Part shown: positions 59,001 through 64,000 of the stretch, piece by piece
Numbering within the stretch: position 1 is the first letter of the stretch
How the letters are laid out: every line of letters begins with the position of its first letter
Assembly: GCF_011386835.1 (NCBI RefSeq)
Contig: NC_088814.1
Span: 3,968,001-4,032,000 of the forward strand
Source: Chrysemys picta bellii
Taxonomy: Eukaryota
Length of the DNA: 64,000 nucleotides
Direction: 5' to 3'
The notes under the pieces: model-generated
Told to the model about the DNA's origin: nothing
Database searches by the model: none
The model's input: only the letters and a program-made list of their open reading frames with translations
Translations under genes and position numbers: made by a program

Positions 59001-62000
59001 CCCAACACTCCCCCACCCACCCCAGACAAAGCCGCTCACCGGCATGTTTCCTCTGGTGAGCTTTCCTCTTGGCAGCGCTGGCAAACTTCATGGTGCAGCC
59101 GGGCTCCTGGCACCTGAATGAAGCACACCCCACTCGTGAGGGGAGGGGGCCATGGCTCTCCCCATGTCTGAAAGGAGATGTCCCAGGCTAACCCAGAGAG
59201 ACCCAGCCAACGGGTGGCAGTGAATTGAGAAGGGGAAAGGCCAGCGTATCGGCTACGCCAAGCTGGAGAAGGCCACTGGCCTGGCCAGCTTCAGTATCCG
59301 GCCCGGGACAGCGCCCAGTACCAGATATGGCAAATCCTCTGCCCTCAGCAGCCCTTGGCACAGGCCAGCTCAGCCAGCCCTCTCGCATTGGGAGGTGTTG
59401 CTTGACACCACACCGGGGGGGGGGGGGGGGGGGGGTCTCCTGTCTCGTGGCATCGGCCACCCCCAACCTGAGGGGCACAGGAGACACTCACACAAACAGC
59501 AGCACCGTGGTATGCTCGGTCCAATGGGCCCGGAGGGCCTTCTTTTTCCTGAAGGTGCTCTCACAGCCTTGGTAGCTGCACTGGAGGGGCAGGAGAGACA
59601 AGTCAACCAGACCCAATTCTCTGCCCCCCTCCCCCCCCCCCTGCACTTTGATCCCCCTCCCCTCCAGCCACCCAGGGCCCCTCATGTATGGGACCATGCA
59701 GGTCTGGGGGGCTCTGGAAGGGTGTTAGCAGCATGGAGGCCCCAGAGGTTGATCAGGGAGCTCCAGGCAGTCGACACCTGGGACAGGGAATCAAACATCT
59801 GCCGGTGACATTTAGAGCCTCCAGCACAGAGGGGAGAATTTCTCCTCTCGCCGTTAGAGATTTTCAGGCAGTTTGAGCCGACCAGCGACCCTGCAAATGC
59901 TACGGGCTCCAGGGCTGCAAGGCCAGGCAGGGTCTGAGAACAGACCTGCGGCTCCAGCCCACGCTGGGCTAGGCAGGGGGAACAAACCAGGCTCGCTGGC
60001 ACTGTAAGGGCAGAGGGGAATCGCTTCTCTGGGGAGGATCATGTCACACTCGTGCCAGCGGGGCTGTGCCTAACCCAGGCACCTGGTGCAGGGGCCCCTT
60101 GCTAGCCCCCTTGGGCTAGACCTTCCCTTGCCATCTTACAGGGCAGCCAGAGCCGTGACCTCTGGCGCCCTCGTGTGTTCACAGAAGGAAGAGACTCCAC
60201 CAGCTTCAGGAGACCCAGAATCTAGTCCTGCCCCCAAGTCCCACTGTTCACAGCTTGGCTAATGCTGACATCCCCCCACCGAGACCCATACACCAGGAGA
60301 GGGGCACTGGGATGATCCCCACCCCCTCTGCCAAGGCTCACGCCCCATCAGGGTCACCCAACAGATGAAGACCTGCCCCACACAGGTGCTGCTCCAAGTC
60401 ACAGTTAGGAGAAGGGGAGTCAGCCCAAAGAAGGGACTTGGTTGGCATCACATCCTGTGCCTAGTGGGCTATCTGGGCTACCAGAGTGATGGCCCTCCAT
60501 GCCCCCCCGAGTGAAAGGGATGGCCCAGGCATCAGCACGGCTGACCTCAGACCCAACAGGAGTCGGTTCAAGAGCCCATTGGAGCCACCTGTGACCAGAC
60601 CCCCCCATTCCCACCTCACTCACTGTTCTCCCTGACCCAACACCCCACCTCGTTAACATCTTGCCACCAGCATGCACTACCTGGAAGGACTTCGCCACAC
60701 CATGCTGGGCCCTGCAGTGCTTTGGCAGGTGGTTCTTGGGCACAAAGGCAGATTTGCAGTCCACATCCAAGCGGCTGGAGAAATGTGGAGACACGGCTGA
60801 TAGACAGGTGTTCGCTCCAAGCCAGCTGGCATGAGCCCGGCTCAGCACAGCCCAGGCCAGTTAGCCAAAGGAAAGGGGTGTGTAGTTAAGAACATAAGGC
60901 AGGGATAGGTGCCCCGAGGGGGGGGGGGAAGGGGGAGGAAGAGAAGACAAGAGAAGAGGAGGGGGTTCTGGATACTAGATCAGCCCACAGCCTGGCCAGG
61001 TCAGTGACAGGCAGCACAGCCGAGTGGGTCTGGCACTGGACTGGGAGTCAGGAGACCATGTTCTACTCCCAGCTCTGCCACTGAGCTGCTGTGTGACCAC
61101 AGGCAACTCCCTTCCCCTCTGTGTGCCTCAGTTTCCCTTTCCCCTTGGTCAGTCTTGTCATTTACACTTATCGCCTCCAGGGCAGGGATTCTCCCGCTAG
61201 GTGTTAGGGCAGCGCCTGGCATAAATGGGGCCCAGATCTCACTTGGCACCAGGGCAATCCTACCTCCTGTTTCCCTCCCCAGAGGGCTCACTCTGAGAGC
61301 CCCACTAGGCATCATCAAGGCCCATTAGACCCCCTTGGGGGGGGGGGGCTGATCAATAGGAGGGAGGAGAGAGAAAGGACAAGCTCCCTCCCCCCAGCCC
61401 TACCTGTTCAGCCTGGCATCACCCTGCTGCTGCTTGGGCATCTGCCGAGAGCTTCTGCGACGGAATCTCTTGCCACGGCCAGCCTGGTCACTCAGCGGAG
61501 CCGTCTGCAGAGACATGCCTTGGTGAGGGACTGCACCACCCTCCCAGGCCCCTTCACACTCAGGGACAGGCCACATACAGCATTACAATAATCAAGGAGG
61601 TGGGGGGGGGGGGAAGGGAAGGATAAAAGGCATCCAGACAAACATGGGGCTTAGACAAGACACCCAATGCAGGAGGGCTGGTAGCCAGGCACTGGGGTGC
61701 AATCCAGCCATGGCTTTGCTACCCAGGAGTGCCACAGCCCAGGCTTAGAAAGGGTTAATCAGCATATCCCATTCTGAAGCAGCTCCACCCTACTAGATCT
61801 GTTACTTCTAGGATGAAGAGAAGCAGCCAACCCACCTGCTTCAGACCCCTGCTCAGACAGGCCAGCCATGGGCTGACTCAGGCAACTCCAGTGCTCCTTG
61901 CCACAAGGAGAGCAGGTAAGAGGCTCTTCGGAGCCACTGAGCAGGACAGGTCTCTCCCCACCTTCCTAAAGGGGAGCAGGTCCCCCTCTTACCTCCCCCA

Positions 62001-62151
62001 CATGCACAGCAAGATGCTTCTGTAACCTCCTCTCCTTGCCAAACACAGCACCACACTCCTTGTGGGGGCAGGCAAAGAGGTCAGAGGCCAAAACACCCCC
62101 AAGGGAGGTGCTGCTTCCCCCAGCCTCCTCCTGCAGCCTTGCCTCAGCCAT
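56092..62151 (-). CDS. 42sp43: p43 5S RNA-binding protein (42S RNP particle protein, thesaurin b; TFIIIA-like nine-finger protein), 399 aa
   Basis: Coding exons on the minus strand: 62151-61993, 61504-61404, 60774-60681, 59580-59492, 59113-59040, 58655-58575, 57689-57445, 56871-56818, 56394-56092 (1200 nt, GT-AG, phases consistent, TAG stop). The fingers are C-x4-C type: finger 4 has [11 protein letters not shown], finger 6 has TWT, finger 9 has [16 protein letters not shown]. The C-terminus [34 protein letters not shown] matches the recalled Xenopus p43 tail, not TFIIIA. Confidence 0.9.
56960..57350. repeat. Palindromic, probably non-autonomous DNA-transposon-like repeat in a p43 intron
   Basis: Imperfect inverted repeat of about 57004-57098 against 57123-57220, in AT-richer flanks. 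It carries four ACTACAnnTCCCATGAnGCA-like motifs. The outer boundaries are approximate. Confidence 0.6.
61011..61140 (+). mobile_element. MIR/CORE-SINE-like element in a p43 intron
   Basis: ggcagca..agtgg..gcactggactgggagtcaggaga..gttctactcccagctctgccact..gtgtgacc..gcctcagtttccc. Confidence 0.7.
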
Positions 62152-62239
62152 GGAGTTGGTGTTTTGCAGCACCCACACACCCCCTCTCTCTTTGCCTGGA
62201 CTACCCTATAGTCCCTCAGTTTGCTGCTGAGCTCCCATC

Positions 62240-62328
62240 TTTATACTCAGCCTCCCACAGGAGCTGCAGCTGACTCCCATCCCATCAATCAGGGGCTGGG
62301 GGGGGGAGCAGGGTTAATATATTTGCAT
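62240..62328 (-). promoter_or_regulatory. Candidate proximal promoter of the p43 gene: octamer, E-box and TATA
   Basis: On the minus strand: ATGCAAAT at 62328-62321, CAGCTG at 62267-62272 and TATAAA at 62245-62240, about 90 nt upstream of the ATG at 62151 (context ctccATGG). Confidence 0.55.
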
Positions 62329-62353
62329 CGTTAGTGGAAAGCCAGCAGGAGTG

Positions 62354-62990
62354 GAATCATAGAATATCAGGGTTGGAAGGGACCTCAAGAGGTCATCTAG
62401 TCCAACCCCCTGCTCAAAGCAGGACCAATTCCCAGCTAAATCATCCCAACCAGGGCTTTGTCAAGCTGGGCCTTAAAAACCTCCAAGGAAGGAGACTCCA
62501 CCACTTCCCTAGGTAACGCATTCCAGTGTTTCACCACCCTCCTAGTGAAATAGTTTTTCCTGATATCCAACCTGGACCTCCCCCACTGCAACTTGAGACC
62601 ATTGCTCCTTGTTCTGTCATCTGCCACCACTGAGAACAGCCGAGCTCCATCCTCTTTGGAACCCCCCTTCAGGTAGTCGAAGGCTGCTATCAAATCCCTC
62701 CTCATTCTTCTCTTCTGGAGACTAAACAATCCCAGTTCCCTCAGCCTCTCCTCATAAGTCATGTGCTCCAGACCCCTAATCATTTTTGTTGCCCTCCGCT
62801 GGACTCTTTCCAATTTTTCCACATCCTTCTTGTAGTGTGGGGCCCAAAACTGGACACAGTACTCCAGATGAGGCCTCACCAATGTCGAATAAAGGGGAAC
62901 GATCACGTTCCTCGATCTGCTGGCAATGCCCCTACTTATACAGCCCAAAATGCCGTTAGCCTTCTTGGCAACAAGAGCACACTGTTGACT
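62354..62990 (-). mobile_element. 5'-truncated CR1 LINE (3' end of ORF2 plus 3' UTR)
   Basis: ORF 62436-62948 reads [72 protein letters not shown], a typical CR1 ORF2 C-terminus. The element ends in the CR1 tail ..ccctgatattctatgattc. Confidence 0.95.
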
Positions 62991-63369
62991 GGACTCAGCA
63001 TCCCCTGCAGCAGGCTTGAAAGCAGAGGGCCTGGGGGAGCAGGTGTTCAGGGGGCTTGTTCCATTAGCATCAAGGGGAGTTAGGTGCTTTGCCTGCTTTT
63101 GAAAACTCCACTAGGGACCACTCTGCACCTATAGAAGCCCTAGCCCCCAGCTCCTGTCGGGCGGGAAGCAGCCCCCCCAAGCCCCCCTGCAAGTTGGCTC
63201 TGAGCAGCCCCACCGCTGCAGGTGCACGTAATCCAAACTCAGCCGGGGATCTAAATGGACCAAACCGACCCCAAGCACCTCCCTGTTCTCGGGCCGGGGG
63301 TTGGATTGTGAGTCAGGAATTCTCATCTTGGGCCCATCTGTCGTGATAAGGCAGCCTGGCTCCCTGGTT

Positions 63370-63480
63370 AAGGTGACTCAGGACAGCTGGGTTCTGTCCC
63401 TAGCTTTGCCACTGGCCTGCTGGGTGACCGTGGGCAGGTTCCTGTCCCGCTCTGTGCCTCAGTTTCTCTCCCCATAAGCT
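63370..63480 (+). mobile_element. MIR/CORE-SINE-like fragment
   Basis: gactcagga..ctgggttct..ccctagctttgccactgg..gtgacc..gggcag..gcctcagtttctc. Confidence 0.6.
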
Positions 63481-64000
63481 GATACTGATTTCCTTTGTCA
63501 AGGGCTCCCAGCTGTGGCATGACAAACCCTGCAGGGGTCAGGTAAATCCCTTTCCCGCTGTTAGGCCCCTAAATACCTTTGAGGATCTCTGCTTGAGCTC
63601 TTGGGGGTAGAGCCCTGCATCACCCAGCTCCACAGCACTCCCCCGGTGTCAGCACAGAGGGCTCAAGGTGCTAATGTAATACACATCATAGAGAGCAAGC
63701 CTGGTAAACCTGCCAGGCCTGGCTTTGCTATGGAGTCAGCGCCCTAGGGGCAGGCTTGCCTGCCCCTTTGTGATGTCAGGCGGGGGGGGGGAGGGGGGAG
63801 AGAGATTATCTCCGGCTCTGCTGGCCGAGGCTGAAGGAAGGAGCTGGGAAGCAGGTGCTCGGCAGTGAGAGTGGGAGAGGGACAGGGATTCTGATCTGCA
63901 GGAGCCCGGGGGTTAAAGGGACTGGATTGCAGTGCTCGGCGATCGTCCTGCCCTAGTGATCTGAGCACAGGCCTGGGAACCAGGAACTCCTGGGTTCCAT

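Noticed and set aside
56092-62151. GTF3A (TFIIIA) as the identity of the nine-finger gene
   Set aside because: The C-terminal tail and the finger 4 and 9 sequences match recalled p43, not TFIIIA. Fingers 2-3, which TFIIIA needs for 5S gene binding, are broken, and that is unlikely for an essential gene.
62436-62948. 170-aa ORF as a host gene
   Set aside because: It is the ORF2 remnant of a 5'-truncated CR1 LINE.
1-64000. 5S rRNA, tRNA or other structural RNA genes near the p43 gene
   Set aside because: None was recognised by eye. The B-box-like ggactcctgggttc motifs belong to SINE heads. A tRNAscan-SE or Infernal run would be needed to exclude them formally.

Overview
GC-rich vertebrate genomic DNA with a 140-N gap at 40453-40592. 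The CR1 subfamily and MITE/SINE content suggest a turtle microchromosome; that assignment is an inference. Three spliced genes were rebuilt by hand, all with GT-AG junctions and consistent phases. (1) A CP2/LSF-family transcription factor on the minus strand, 9 coding exons at 434-5489, running off the left edge. It has a TFCP2L1-type N-terminus ([11 protein letters not shown]) but sits beside STAC2, so it is probably a fourth ohnologue that mammals lack. (2) A complete STAC2 on the plus strand, 11 exons at 21199-41097, 403 aa. (3) A complete 42Sp43-like (p43) 5S-RNA-binding zinc-finger gene on the minus strand, 9 exons at 56092-62151, 399 aa. In this gene all four zinc ligands of finger 2 are lost, each one base from the canonical codon, and finger 3 has lost its first Cys, while fingers 4-9 are intact. 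The rest is intron and intergenic DNA with many minisatellites, MIR-like SINEs, hAT-type MITEs, one CR1 fragment and several motif clusters: three tandem CTCF sites, a 32-bp-periodic E-box array and a ZNF143-like palindrome. No rRNA, tRNA or CRISPR was found. Comparisons to human and Xenopus proteins and to human gene order are from memory, not from database searches.
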